The translations under genes and the position numbers were made by a program. This document shows, in pieces, positions 12,549 to 27,349 of a stretch of 64,000 nt of DNA. The DNA comes from Octopus vulgaris. Lineage: Eukaryota. Numbering within the stretch: the first letter of the stretch is position 1; each line of letters opens with the position of its first letter. The stretch lies in contig OX597839.1 of assembly GCA_951406725.2 (NCBI GenBank), positions 4,526,001-4,590,000 of the forward strand, given 5' to 3'. Below the pieces are notes generated by a model. That model was not told the DNA's origin. It did not search any database and saw only the letters and a list, made by a program, of their open reading frames with translations.

Positions 12549-12951
12549 AGGCGCAGGAGTGGCTGTGTGGTAAGTAGCTTGTTTACCAATCACATGGTTC
12601 CGGGTTCAGTCCCACTGCGTGGCACCTTTGGCAAGTGTCTTCTACTATAGCCTCGGGCCGACCAAAGCCTTGTGAGTGGATTTGGTAGACGGAAACTGAA
12701 AGAAGCCCGTCGTATATATGTATATATATGCGCGTGTGTGTTTGTGTTTGTCCCCCTAGCATTGCTTGACAACCGATGCTGGTGTGTTTATGTCCACGTT
12801 ACTTAGCGGTTCGGCAAAAGAGACCGATAGAATAAGTACTGGGCTTACAAAAGAAGAAGTCCCGGGGTCGAGTTGCTCGATTAAAGGCGGTGCTCCAGCA
12901 TGGCCGCAGTCAAATGACTGAAACAAGTAAAAGAGTAAAAAGAGAGTAAAA
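12549..12951 (+). mobile_element. tRNA-derived SINE family B (CORE-like central motif, internal microsatellite)
   Basis: Starts AGGCGCAGGAGTGGCTGTGTGGTAAG..GGTTCAGTCCC, followed by CACCTTTGGCAAGTGTCTT (CORE-like, from recall). Tail is GGCGGTGCTCCAGCATGGCCGCAGTC..GAAACAAGTAAAAGAG. Many copies in the window. Confidence 0.85.
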
Positions 12952-13071
12952 TAGTATATAATTAAATATATTCCAATGATAAACCCACCAATATAAATAT
13001 GTATGTACATCAAAATACGGGGCGGGTCTTTTTTGGAAATAATGCAGTTTTATTTGCCTTTCTCTCTTATA

Positions 13072-13328
13072 CAGAATGTAACGGCAGACGAAATACCTAT
13101 TTCTTTACTACCCATAAGGGGCTAAACACAGAGAGGACAAACAAGGACAGACAAATGGATTAAGTCGTTTATCTCGACCCCAGTGCGTAACTGGTACTTA
13201 TTTAATTGACCGCGAAAGGATGAAAGGCAAAGTCGACCTCGGCGGAATTTGAACTCAGAACATGAAGACAAACGAAATACCGCTAAGCATTTCGACCGGC
13301 GTGCTAATGATTCTGCCAGCTCGCCGCC
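13072..13328 (-). mobile_element. SINE family C, one unit plus the start of a second
   Basis: Matches family C; the second unit stops after about 25 nt. Confidence 0.8.
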
Positions 13329-13408
13329 GTAACACATGTACTTTTATTTCGACAGGGATAAATGGGTCCTCGCGTATGTCTTCGTGAGTGTTAATTTGAG
13401 TCTTTATG

Positions 13409-13488
<80 letters not shown>

Positions 13489-13495
13489 GCGTATA

Positions 13496-13581
<86 letters not shown>

Positions 13582-13608
13582 CATACATGAATGTTTGTTG
13601 CGTATATG

Positions 13609-13659
<51 letters not shown>

Positions 13660-13699
13660 GACTGTTTGTTGTGTGTAAGTATATGTATATGTATGTGAG

Positions 13700-13730
<31 letters not shown>

Positions 13731-13856
13731 ATATATGTATATATATATATACATACATGAATGTTTGTTGTGTGTAAGTATATATATATGTATATGTGTG
13801 TATATATATATGTATGTATATATATATATATATATATACATACATGAATGTTGTAT

Positions 13857-13993
<137 letters not shown>

Positions 13994-14731
13994 GTGCAAA
14001 CATGTATATACGTACATATGTACATAGACACACGTGCCTGCGAAGGATGGGGCGTCGATAACTAGTTATATTTATATACTTCTACATAAATGTGACTGTG
14101 TGAACGTGTCAGATATTTTCAAGGGTAAATGTCTCTAGGTGATATTTTAATTATTTCTTCAAAATATAATGACACTCTTGTTAATGCTGTTGACGTTTCT
14201 TTTTTTTTTCCTACTCGTTATTCATCTTACGCATGTACTTTAGCATTCATCGCTCGACATCCATTACAAGCAGCTTTTCATGCAATCACCTCCCCTTCCA
14301 CGTTCATCATGCAAGACGTCGTCACAACAATGGTACGAATGATAGAAATCAGAGTATTTTATTCATTTGTTTAGTAATTTTCTTTATCTATGCGTCGCTC
14401 TGTCTATACAACTGGGTCATGAAATTTTTCCGCTTTAAAGACGCCATTTTTGTCGTATGGAATTTAGGACAAATCATCTTAGCAAAGACATATTGTGGTT
14501 CTTCGTGTCGTTTCATTGAACGAGCCTGTATTTTGATGATAGATCAGCTAGAAACAGCAGCTAAATATTCGTTAAATCGCACCGTAACGTCATTAAAAAG
14601 CATGGTTTACAAGAACGAAGCAAAACAGTTCTATATATATACCCGATTCTTCGAAAGTTGATGATTTTTATGATTGCCCCACGCATAGAGAAACGCGTGC
14701 ACATACACACACATACACACATATGTGTGCA

Positions 14732-14762
<31 letters not shown>

Positions 14763-14769
14763 ATATCTA

Positions 14770-14880
<111 letters not shown>

Positions 14881-15250
14881 TATGTATGTGTATATATATG
14901 TATGTATAGATACATATTTATACAAATATACAGATACACACACGCATACACACAGACACACATGTGTAATATTCTTACACGTACGTATAATGATATGAAG
15001 CGCACATCACGCGCGCGCGCGTACACACAGATATGTAAGAGGTGAGTGCTGTGCATATGTATATACTTAATAATATGAGCTTACTCTGACAGTTTAAGTA
15101 TATGCCGAATCACCGAGGTGATATGTGTGTGTGTGCAGGAGTGAGTGTGTGCGTATATATATATTATATGCATATATGTATGATGTATGTATGTATATAT
15201 ATATATATATATATGCATATATATATTTATATATATATATATGCATGTGT

Positions 15251-15564
15251 GGAGGCGCAGCAATAGTCCAGTGGTTAGGGCAGTGGACTCGCGGTCGTAG
15301 GATCACGGTTTCAATTCCTAGACAGGGCGTTGTGAGTGTTTATTGAGCGAAAACACCCAAAAGCTCTACGAAGCTCCGGCACGGGGTGCTGGTGATCCCT
15401 GCTGTACTCTTTCGCCACAACTTTCTCTCACTCTTTCTTCTGTTGGCCTGGTCGCTTAACCATCGGAGTGGCGTCATTTGAAGTCTAAAACAATGCGAAG
15501 CGCACTGTGACCAGCGATGTGTAGCAACATGTGATAACCTTTCCGGTCACGGTGATCACGGTGA
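15251..15564 (+). mobile_element. SINE family A (tail type 1)
   Basis: Full-length plus-strand copy. Confidence 0.85.
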
Positions 15565-15992
15565 TATATGTATGTATATATACACATATATCTCATGGTC
15601 TGGTATAATTTTCGTGCAAACGCTAATGTTTATCGTCATATCTATACTATATAACTGTTTCATGTTGCAGTATCTTGCAGAAATATTAAGGAATTGCAAC
15701 ATTTTGCTTTTTCAACCCTTCAGTTCTTAAAGAGAGTGTCCACAAATCTGATTATAATCAGTATATCTGTCATGATAAAAATTTACTACAAATAACTTTG
15801 CAGGACAGATCTGTCCCAGATGATACGATGCATACTCTCTCTCTTTTCCTCTTTTTCTTGTTTCAGTCATTTGACTGTGGTCATGCTGTTTTTCAGCTTC
15901 CGGCAATTTGTATATATGTACATATGCTTGTGCACACATGCTCGCGCACTGATTTTGCTTTGGGTATGTGTGTGCACATATATATATATATA

Positions 15993-16148
15993 TAGGGAAA
16001 GTTTACGGAAAAAAACCCCAAAAGACGAAGACAGGTGGTGTACAAAACAAACAGATGTATTAGTATCACGCTCTGGAATAGAAAAAGTCTTTTACGTTTC
16101 GAGCCAACGCTCTTCTACAGAAAGGTACACAGAAAAAACAAGGAGAGA

Positions 16149-16150
<2 letters not shown>
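15993..16150 (-). mobile_element. Short repeat family E with hammerhead-like motif (16089-16124); other copies at 20503-20665, 35275-35435, 46400-46575
   Basis: Minus strand reads CTTT-CTGTAGA-A-GAGC-GTTG-GCTC-GAAA-CG-TA-AAAG; flanked by (TA)n. Confidence 0.7.
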
Positions 16151-16197
<47 letters not shown>

Positions 16198-16478
16198 AGT
16201 CTGAAAAGTAGAAATATTCATAACAAAATTTTTCAATGTTCAATATATATATATTTCAATTTTTCGCTTAGATATGGCGATACAAATTATCTGGCGTTAG
16301 AACTAAGTATACATGTGCTTCAGAAAAAACTGTTAGTCGAGAATACAGCATAATAAGCGATTATATACATGACTTTATATATAAATGCATAATGTATGAA
16401 TGTAGCATATAGATATATACAAATGTGTATATATAATATATATATATGTATATGTATATTATTTTTGAACTGTGCATA

Positions 16479-16537
<59 letters not shown>

Positions 16538-16651
16538 TACATATAATATAATATTATATTATATTACGTTATGTATATGTATATATATACATAACATAAT
16601 ATGATATAATATAATACAGTATAATATAATATAATATAATATAATGTAATG

Positions 16652-16705
<54 letters not shown>

Positions 16706-16797
16706 ATATATAACGAAAAAGAGAAAGAGAAATAGATAGATACGTTTGCACAAACATATATGGATATGCAAAGATATATATATATTTAAATCTATGC

Positions 16798-16840
<43 letters not shown>

Positions 16841-16912
16841 ATATTATATATATGTAATTATGTGAATTTATGTGTGCATATCAATATATAGGTACATACA
16901 CACATGCGCGCG

Positions 16913-16944
<32 letters not shown>

Positions 16945-17284
16945 TACATATATGCATAGATCTACGTATATGTATATATATATATATAAATGCATATGTG
17001 TTTGTGTGTGTGAGGGTGTGTCTTGCCAAACAGTGTATATATCTCGAAGCCGTATTGCGTGTCGTTGCAATTGCTACTAGGCGCTTGTCTGTCTTTTAAT
17101 GAAGAAAGAATGATTCCTATAAAACCGGAATTTGCCTTGTATAATATTTAATATAATTTTATTCGCCTTTGTTGTCCAAATTCACGCCAGTGGCCATTTT
17201 CACATATTTCGTATTTCTCATATTTATAACTGTCTGCTTATGTCTCTTTCCCTCCCCCTCTCTCTCTCTACGTAGACACACACA

Positions 17285-17339
<55 letters not shown>

Positions 17340-17342
<3 letters not shown>

Positions 17343-17477
17343 CATATATATATATACAGCATATATATACTGTATATAAATAAATATATGTATGTATATA
17401 TAGATATGTATGTATACTGTATATAAATATATGTATATACATATATACAGTATATATAAACTATATGAAAATATGTA

Positions 17478-17513
<36 letters not shown>

Positions 17514-17621
17514 CAGCATATATATACTGCATATAAATAAATATATGTATGTATATATAGAAATGTATGTATACTGTATATAAATATATGTATATACATA
17601 TATACAGTATATATAAAATAT

Positions 17622-17695
<74 letters not shown>

Positions 17696-17830
17696 CATAT
17701 ATATACTGCATATAAATAAATATATGTATGTATATATAGATATGTATGTATACTGTATATAAATATATGTATATACATATATACAGTATATATATGAACT
17801 ATATGAATATATGTATACATACATACATAC
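17340..17830. repeat. Three tandem copies of a ~160-180 bp composite TA-rich unit
   Basis: TACAGCATATATATACTG..TAAATAAATATATGTATG..GTATACTGTATATAAATATATG recurs at ~17355, ~17512 and ~17691. Confidence 0.8.
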
Positions 17831-18271
17831 ACATATATGTGTGTGTGTGCGTGTGTATAGAGGGAGAGAATAGGAAGGGATGGGGTGTAATGCACCGGTA
17901 TATTGACAGATTGCTTGATAGGTATGTATGTGTTTATTTGTATGTATGTATTCGTAATTCAAATGCAATGACAGTTAGCTTCCAACATGTACATCCATTA
18001 CAAGATCCAATATTCGAGCCTTATCTCACATAACTATCTCATATTATATCAACATTATTTTATTACTGATCTAACATTGATTAAACTCCGCCCCGCTCCT
18101 TGCTCTCCCTTTCCCGCTTCCTTTCTCTCCTTCTGAATATGAGATTCACCTATATTTCAGTGGTTCTGTGTTTAATTCTTCTATGGCATAGGATTTGTGC
18201 ATGACTTTTTGTACGCATTTAGGCAAAATTATTTGGTGCATGTGTGTATATGAATATATGTGTGTGTTTAC

Positions 18272-18318
<47 letters not shown>

Positions 18319-18428
18319 TATATATAAATAAATATATATATATAAATATATATATATATAAATATATATATATATACATATATATATACATATATATACA
18401 TACATATATATATATATATATATACATA

Positions 18429-18473
<45 letters not shown>

Positions 18474-18512
18474 GCATATATAATTCGCACACAAAGATAT
18501 CTACGCACACAC

Positions 18513-18552
<40 letters not shown>

Positions 18553-18622
18553 TTATACTTATATATATTTATGTGAATTTTTTATAGCATATGTGCATAT
18601 ACACATATGAATATTTATGTGA

Positions 18623-18678
<56 letters not shown>

Positions 18679-19326
18679 CATATGTATTCATATGTATGCA
18701 CAGATGTACACATACATGCAATACACACACACGCACACACACACACACATATTATGCATCTATACATATATGTATGTGTGTATGTGTACGTGTGTGTATG
18801 TGTATGCATTTAAAAGCAAAGAAACATAGGAAATATACGCAAATATACATTTCACAAAAACCCTCAACTGGCATCAAGAAACGTTCTTTATATTCTCTCG
18901 CCCTGCATCCTCTTCCTTCCTTCATCACACATCCGCCAACCACCACCACCACCACCATACACCATCACCACCACCACTTTCATCGCCTCTTCCATTATCC
19001 TGTATAATATATATTACATATATACATATCTCATCACCACCAATGAACCCTTCTTCTCTTCCCCAGCACCTCTTTTGTCCCTTCCTTCATCTGTTCCTTT
19101 CACTCTCCTCCCATCATTATCTTCTTCTTTTTCATCTCCTTACCTCCTTCTTTTCACCATCCATGTCTCTAATCAACCGTGAAACTTGTCTGAAAGGTCT
19201 TATTCACATCTCGTTTGTCATGTTGAACTCTGCGTTATTTCGTGTTATTTCACTTCACACGTCTTTATCCTTTCGCAGCATCTTTGTTGCCGCCGGGGCT
19301 TTTATACATATACATACATACATAAA

Positions 19327-19406
<80 letters not shown>

Positions 19407-19559
19407 TATATATACATATATATATGCATACATATCTAGATGCATTTATCGCTACGGCATATTTGCGTCTACAAATATTCACATATGCATATACCTATCT
19501 ATCTATATATCTATCTTACTACCTATCTATCTATCTATCTATCTATCTATCTCTCCCTC

Positions 19560-19596
<37 letters not shown>

Positions 19597-19616
19597 CACA
19601 CATATATGTGTGTGTA

Positions 19617-19710
<94 letters not shown>

Positions 19711-19884
19711 TGTGTGTGTATTTATATATATATATATATATATATTTATAAATTGTACATATATGCGTGTGCATATATGTATATAAAGATGGATTGAGTG
19801 AGTTGTATAACTATGTAAAAATTGAATATATATTATAAATATTATATATATAATATTTGCAGGTGAGCTGCAAGATGCAGGAGG

Positions 19885-20065
19885 AAATAGTGAGAGAAAG
19901 TTGTGGCGAAAGAGTCAGCAGAAGTTTCGCCATTACTTTCTGCCGGAGCCACGTAAACCTTAGGTGTTTCGCTCATAAACACACACATCGCCCGGTCTGA
20001 GATTCGAACCCGCGATCCCTCGACCGCGAGTCCGCTGCTCTAACCATTAGGCCATGTGCATCCAC
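19885..20065 (-). mobile_element. Divergent subfamily of SINE family A (head and body)
   Basis: CGACCGCGAGTCCGCTGCTCTAACCATTAGGCCAT and GAGAGAAAGTTGTGGCGAAAGAGT match family A, with distinct substitutions. Confidence 0.75.
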
Positions 20066-20316
20066 TCAAGAGTAACGTCCACTAGATTTGGTTTAAAAGA
20101 GACGATGAGCAATAGCTACAAGAATATTAAGCGAAACCTAATGACCAGTTGATCTAGCAAGCAGGGTCTCATTTCAGTGAGGTTGGGTCAGTGCGCAATG
20201 ATACCGAGAGAAGGACCCCATAAACTTGCTAGCATCCGGCAGGCAGAGCTCTCAACTGGTAGCACTGGCATCTGCAAGTTGTTTGAAAATATACACAATA
20301 TGTGTATGTATATATA

Positions 20317-20502
20317 AAGGTCGTTGTTGACTTACGACCTATCCGACTCACGGCCGATCTACTTTACGATGATTGGCGCGCCAGCTCCCAGCAGCAATAA
20401 TAAATAGTCCGGTTGAAGTATAATGGGTTTAATTTCTTAAAAATTAACCTGTCTACGGATGATGCCAGCTAACAATTTTGGTCGTAAGTCGACGATGACT
20501 TG
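20317..20502. mobile_element. Small MITE with Tigger/pogo-like inverted ends
   Basis: GTCGTTGTTGACTTACGACC versus GGTCGTAAGTCGACGATGAC (imperfect inverted repeat). Confidence 0.5.
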
Positions 20503-20664
20503 TGGAGAATTCACAAAAAACCCCAAAACAGATGTATTAGTATAACGCTCGGGAAGTGAAGAAGACTTTAACGTTTCGAGCCTGCGCTCTTCCATAGTAA
20601 GAAACACAGAATGAAACAAGGTGAGAAAATAAAGAATGTGTAGTGGCTAGCGATCTATTATAGC

Positions 20665-20704
<40 letters not shown>

Positions 20705-20796
20705 CCCACATTTCCCACCACTATAAACATACACCCAAAGTCAACTTGGTTCTATGAGTGGATGCCTTCCCAACCATTGACTATATATAAGATTAT

Positions 20797-20876
20797 GTAG
20801 CAACACCAATTGGCGGTGCCCCAGCATGGTCACAGCTCGTGTGCTGAAACTAGATGAAATAAAATAAAATAAAAAT
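20797..20876 (+). mobile_element. Short LINE-like 3' end related to the family B tail; second copy at 59377-59465
   Basis: GGCGGTGCCCCAGCATGG.CACAGCTCGTG.GCTGAAACTAGAT followed by (AAAAT)n, present twice. Confidence 0.6.
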
Positions 20877-20887
20877 ATATATATATA

Positions 20888-21047
20888 AAGTTAATCCAAA
20901 CATGAAAACACAAAGAGGAAACACAACAACGCGAGGACGTGGAACAAGTATGGACGGTCAGGAAAGCAGGAAAGAAGGAAAGTTTAACGTTTCGAGCGGA
21001 GCTCTTTGTCAGAACCATAGGAAAAGGAAAGATCCAAAGAAAGGAAA
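20888..21047 (-). mobile_element. Short repeat family D with minimal hammerhead motif; other copies at 46169-46386 (-), 48800-49002 (+), 51979-52180 (-)
   Basis: Copies share AGTTAATCCAAACA..CAACGCGAGGACGT..GTTTAACGTTTCGAGC.GAGCTCTT and lie next to (TA)n. Confidence 0.75.
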
Positions 21048-21164
21048 TGATTCCTTCATCTTTAGATGTGATAGCCATCTCATCAACACACACCACACCA
21101 CACCCCATCACACAGTACAATCGCTCCGTTGATGAGCCCTTAGATGAATTAAGACTAGCTGCTG

Positions 21165-21597
21165 ACACTGAGAAGGTTTAAACACAAGTGACATATATTC
21201 AAGTGTCTTCTATATCTTTGTCCTTTGGAATCTGATTTTGAAGGAATGTTGTATTTGTGAATTAGCATATGCCTTTTAAGTCCAGATATTGTCTTACAAA
21301 TTTTTTGACATTTGACACAAGTCGTAACAGGTGGTTGGTGTCCAAGATCATTACCTATCTAGGTATTACGATTTTCATGTGACTTCATATAGTTCCAGTA
21401 TCCTGCTTTTGACAATAGAACACAGTCACGTATAATACATATCAAATGTCCACTGTTGATTACACTTCCAATTGTTCCTTTGCGACAGGCCCTTTCAAGG
21501 TCAGAGTGCTGACTCATCTTTTCCTCACAGGCATGGCAACCGGTCCTTACAGCACCTCTCCACTTGTTCCGATCTAGAATATCATTTTCCCAATCAC
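21165..21597 (-). pseudogene. 3' end of RTE-type LINE ORF with C2H2 zinc fingers
   Basis: [24 protein letters not shown] is the RTE C-terminal pattern. It is followed by ICIIRDCVLLSKAGYWNYMKSH and, in another frame, CVKCQKICKTISGLKRHMLIH. Confidence 0.75.
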
Positions 21598-21884
21598 ATA
21601 TGTATGTACGTACGTATGTATGTATGTATGTATGAATGTATGTATGTATGTATGTATGTATGTATGTATGTATGTATGTATGTATGTACGTACGTATGTA
21701 TGTATGCACGTACGTACATACATATACACATACATACGTATGTATGTATTATAGATATGTATATATGTATTTATATAAATGTGTACGTATATGTTTATAG
21801 AAATACATACATATATGTGTATACACACACATACACATATATATACGCGTATAAGTATATAAGAGTATATATGTATACATACAC

Positions 21885-21980
<96 letters not shown>

Positions 21981-21981
21981 C

Positions 21982-22024
<43 letters not shown>

Positions 22025-22610
22025 ATATATGCATATATATACATATATGTATATATATGTATATATATATACATGTATGTATATATATTTATATAAATTT
22101 ATGTATATGTATATAAGTATTTATATGAAAGTACATATATGTGCTTATACTTTCACACACGGAAATACTTATGTATATATATATATATATACATACGAGC
22201 ACACAACATACACGCTCGCACGCACACAAACATGCACGCATTCACACAAACATACAACACACGTGTGCAGCAGATGTACATCACCGCACAAAACACAAAA
22301 CACAAACACAACACAACACAACACAACACACACAAGCACAGATATCAATCCGTATCAACGATGCTTGATATAAAAAAAAAGCTACGTATTTAGCAAATCT
22401 GCAGCCAAGCCAAGCCAAGCCAACATAAACACGTTATAATTGTAGCCAACACATATTACATTTTTAAATACTTTAGCACTCAACGTTTATGGCCGCCATA
22501 AATCCCCGGAGAGATTCAATAATGTTCTTTTTCAAAACCTTTCTCTGATTTGTCAATATCTCAACATATCTAATAAAATGCGTCATTATATTAGTATATT
22601 TATTGATAAC

Positions 22611-22663
<53 letters not shown>

Positions 22664-22687
22664 TAGATATATATATAGATGTACACT

Positions 22688-22721
<34 letters not shown>

Positions 22722-22740
22722 GATGTACATACACACACAC

Positions 22741-22836
<96 letters not shown>

Positions 22837-22990
22837 CTATGCATATGAGAATGCATATGTGTTTGTATATATGTATGTATGTATGTATGCATGTATACGA
22901 GGCATTGATCCATTGGCACATATAAATTCGTGCGTAGATATTTGACTTATTAATGTGTCTACTATTATATAGGTCGCTATAAATGATCAT

Positions 22991-23082
<92 letters not shown>

Positions 23083-23236
23083 GTATGTGTGTGTATATAT
23101 ATATATATATATACATATATGCCTACATATATATCATAGATATACATACATATATACAAGTGTATACCAACATATACATTACACACTCGCACGCACTTAC
23201 ATTTGCATTTCTCTCTCTCTCTTTCCCTCCATACAT

Positions 23237-23287
<51 letters not shown>

Positions 23288-23687
23288 ATATACATACATA
23301 CATATATGAAACTAATGAAACGAAACTATAAACACGAAATGTCCATTTGGTGACGAACAAGAAAAAAATTTATACGCTGGAACATAGTTTTTATACAAAC
23401 ACATGAATAAAGGCTAAAAATTTGGTAAAGAAATCTAATAACAGCTTTCAGAGAAGCGATGAAAACAGAAGGAAAAAAATATTAATAGCAGAAAGAAAGG
23501 GACATAACTCAAATCAATGCTATCAGACGTAAGCTATTGCAATGATATTTGGAAAATTATAGTTTTGGCGGTATTTTTTTTTCTTAGCTTATACTTTTTA
23601 ATATATCAAATAATTCGGAGTGTTCGTTTAATATTTGCGAATATATGTACGGGTATATATGTAAGTGCATGTATGTGCGTGCGTGTG

Positions 23688-23744
<57 letters not shown>

Positions 23745-23790
23745 TTACATGTATCTTTCTCCCTCTTTTTCTTATATATATACATATACA

Positions 23791-23826
<36 letters not shown>

Positions 23827-23862
23827 TATATAAATATATATATATGCATATATATAAATATG

Positions 23863-23924
<62 letters not shown>

Positions 23925-24454
23925 TATATATAAATATGTATATATGCATGTATGTATATATATATATATATATACATATGTGGCAGGGCGTGGCTTAGTA
24001 GTTAGAGGTGTTGCGCTGAGGATTGTAAGAATACGGTTTCCATTCCTCTATCGGGTAATGTGCTGTGTTCTTGGACATGTGTCTTCTATTATAACCTTGG
24101 ACAAGCCAAAGCTTTCTGGGTGGATCTAGTAGATGGAAAGCAAAAGGGCCGATAGAATAAGTACTTGGCCTACAAAGAATAAGCCGTGGGATCGATTTCT
24201 TCGACTAAAAACCATTTAAGACGGTGCTCTAGCATGGCTGTAGTCAAATGACTGAGACATGTAAAGGAAAGAAAAATATTTGTTTATTGTTTTCACTTCT
24301 TTGTAATATCGAAATAAGATATAAGTCGATTCCATCGATCCCGGGCTCAGCTGTTTTATAGGCCTCAAAATGACGACCTCAGCGGAAATTGAACTCAGGT
24401 CGTGAAGGTGGTCAAAATGTCGCTAATCATTTCACACAGCGTGCTAACGATACT

Positions 24455-24839
24455 TATTTCTTTACTACCCACAAGGGGCTAAACACAGAGAGGACAAACA
24501 AGGACAGACAAACGGATTAAGTCGATTATATCGACCCCAGTGCGTAACTGGTACTTACTTTATCGACCCCGAAAGGATGAAAGGCAAAGTCGACCTCGGC
24601 GGAATTTGAACTCAGAACGTAGTGGCAGACGAAATACCTATTTCTTTACTACCCACAAGGGGCTAAACATAGAGGGGACAAACAAGGACAGACAAACGGA
24701 TTAAGTCGATTATATCGACCCCAGTGCGTAACTGATACTTAATTTATCGACCCCGAAAGGATGAAAGGCAAAGTCGACCTCGGCGGAATTTGAACTCTGA
24801 ACGTAGCGGCAGACGAAATACTGCTAAGCATTTCGCCCG
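24455..24839 (-). mobile_element. SINE family C dimer inserted in an older family C copy, 16 bp TSD
   Basis: GCGTGCTAACGATACT at 24439-24454 and 24840-24855; the flanks are a degenerate family C head and body. Confidence 0.85.
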
Positions 24840-24959
24840 GCGTGCTAACGATACTGTCAGCTCCCCGCCTGTCAGTAGTCTCTCGCAATCCGAGGAAGGC
24901 GGTTTTGCAATTTCTTACCTGTACAAATAAATTGCGTTTAATGAATAAATGTATGTGCT

Positions 24960-25150
24960 GTAAATCAGTTCTCTCACCTGCACCAAATCGACTATGCCTG
25001 AACAGGTGCACACGCAGAGCAATGTGGTACAACGCTTTCGACTACTGGCCTTCCATAAACAACCTTGCACGGACTTGTGCCCTGGAGGCTAAATTTGTAG
25101 GTGCAATCCCATGGTCATTCATGACCGGAGGAGTCTTTACCCTTTACCCT
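24960..25150 (+). mobile_element. Unclassified repeat (second copy ~26340-26440) with CTTTACC-type tail
   Basis: TTCCATAAACAACC.TGC.CGGACTTGTGC..TAGGTG.AATCC..TGGTCATTCA is shared by both copies. Confidence 0.55.
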
Positions 25151-25279
25151 AGTGATCAAATGTAAGTGCTGTGCATTTGCTCACTCTCCCCATCAACACG
25201 TCACCTGAGCCAGAAATTGAAACCACGATCTCGTGATCGTGAGTGCAATACCCTAACCACCAGGCCAAACATCCTCGAC

Positions 25280-25427
<148 letters not shown>

Positions 25428-25708
25428 CACCGCCCTTTTCAAGCCTAGCCAGGCTCATGGGCCCGGTTTCCCGGTTTCTGTGGCGTATGTGTTCCCCGCG
25501 TATGTGTTACTCAAGAAAAAGGAAGAGAGAGTGGGAGAAAGTTGTGGCGAAAGGGTACAACAGGGGTCGCCACCACCCCCTGCCAGAGCCTCGTCGAGCT
25601 TTTAGGTGTTTTCGCTCAATAAACATACACAACGCCCGGTCTGGGAAACGAAACCGCGATCCTACGACCGCGAGTCCGCTGCCCTAACCACTGGACCATT
25701 GCGCCTCC
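25428..25708 (-). mobile_element. SINE family A with a third tail type
   Basis: Family A head and body are joined to a different 3' segment (plus strand CCGCCCTTTTCAAGCCTAGCCAGGCTCATGGGCCCGG). Confidence 0.75.
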
Positions 25709-25709
25709 A

Positions 25710-25758
<49 letters not shown>

Positions 25759-25773
25759 ATCTATCTATCTATA

Positions 25774-25844
<71 letters not shown>

Positions 25845-26684
25845 GTCTGCTTGTATGTCTGTCTGTCTGTCTGTCTGTATCTCTGCATGCATATATGTAT
25901 GCATGTATGACGGTATCAATCTGACTTCATTACTATCTGGTTAGACTTTTGTCAAGGGGAAAAATAATCAACTCCTGTCCACAGCAAGATTAACAACTAA
26001 TTTAGCTCATGGTTATTTATAGGGTGCCAAACTATTTAATCTAATTTGCATAATAGTGTATCCATTGTTTTAATTAATTTAACCATGATTAATATCCATC
26101 GATTCTCTTTTATTCTTCTGGGGGATAATTAGGAACAGAACATACGCCTTTTAAATAAAAGTATAGTTTTAAATGGCCGCAAAATGAAACAGTATACCAA
26201 GGGAAGTGTAATATTTTTATTGTTTCAGTCATTATACAGCGACCATGCTGGGGCACTGCTATCAACGCTTTAGTCGAACAAATCAAATCCAGTATTGATC
26301 TTTAAAACCTGGTCCTTATTCTACTGAACTCATTTGCCGAAAGCGACCGCTGTTTTTCCATAAACAACCCTGCTCGGACTTGTGCTTTGGCGGGTAACAT
26401 TCTAGGTGTAATCCATTGGTCATTCACCGCCTTTACCTTAAATTTGGTGGGAGGGAGCTGGTCGATTATGTCGATTAATGTTCGACTGGTACTCGTCTTT
26501 TTGATCTGAAAGGATAAGAGGCAAAGTTGACCTCAGCAACAGTTGAACTCACAACGTAAAAATCGGAAGGAATACGTAAAGCACTTTGACAGACCGGTTT
26601 CGACAATATTTTGCTTATCAGCGGTACAAATAAATAAAGGTTTTAGGAGAGCTCAAAGTTACAAGGAAACTTGGCATGCATGTC

Positions 26685-26736
<52 letters not shown>

Positions 26737-27160
26737 TATATATATATTCAATCACACACAAGATATAAATGTATAGATATAGGCGAACAAAATTCCTATA
26801 TGCTCACACATGCGCAAAAGCTCACACATACACACATATAGGAGAAAACATATAGTCATACGAACACACACACACACACACACACACATGTATACACATA
26901 TCTATCGCAAATTTTAATTGTATTTCAAGACGATATCAATTGTTAATTACTTGTCTTAATTACGTTACATGCTTTCAAACTGCAATTTGGATTTCATATT
27001 ACTATTGCTGCAAGACATAAGCAGAGTATTTATGTATCTCAGCTTTGATTTCTCAGTGTGCGTCCTTGAATGTCTGAGTGTGAACGAGTTTGAGCATACG
27101 TGTGTGCCTCTGTATGTGTGTGTCTCTGTGCGTGTGTGTGTGTCTGCGTATGTTTTAATA

Positions 27161-27215
<55 letters not shown>

Positions 27216-27287
27216 GTCTTATATATGCTTATCTACATGTACCTCTGAGTTGGATGTGCACATTTATACACACACATATATACATAC

Positions 27288-27349
<62 letters not shown>

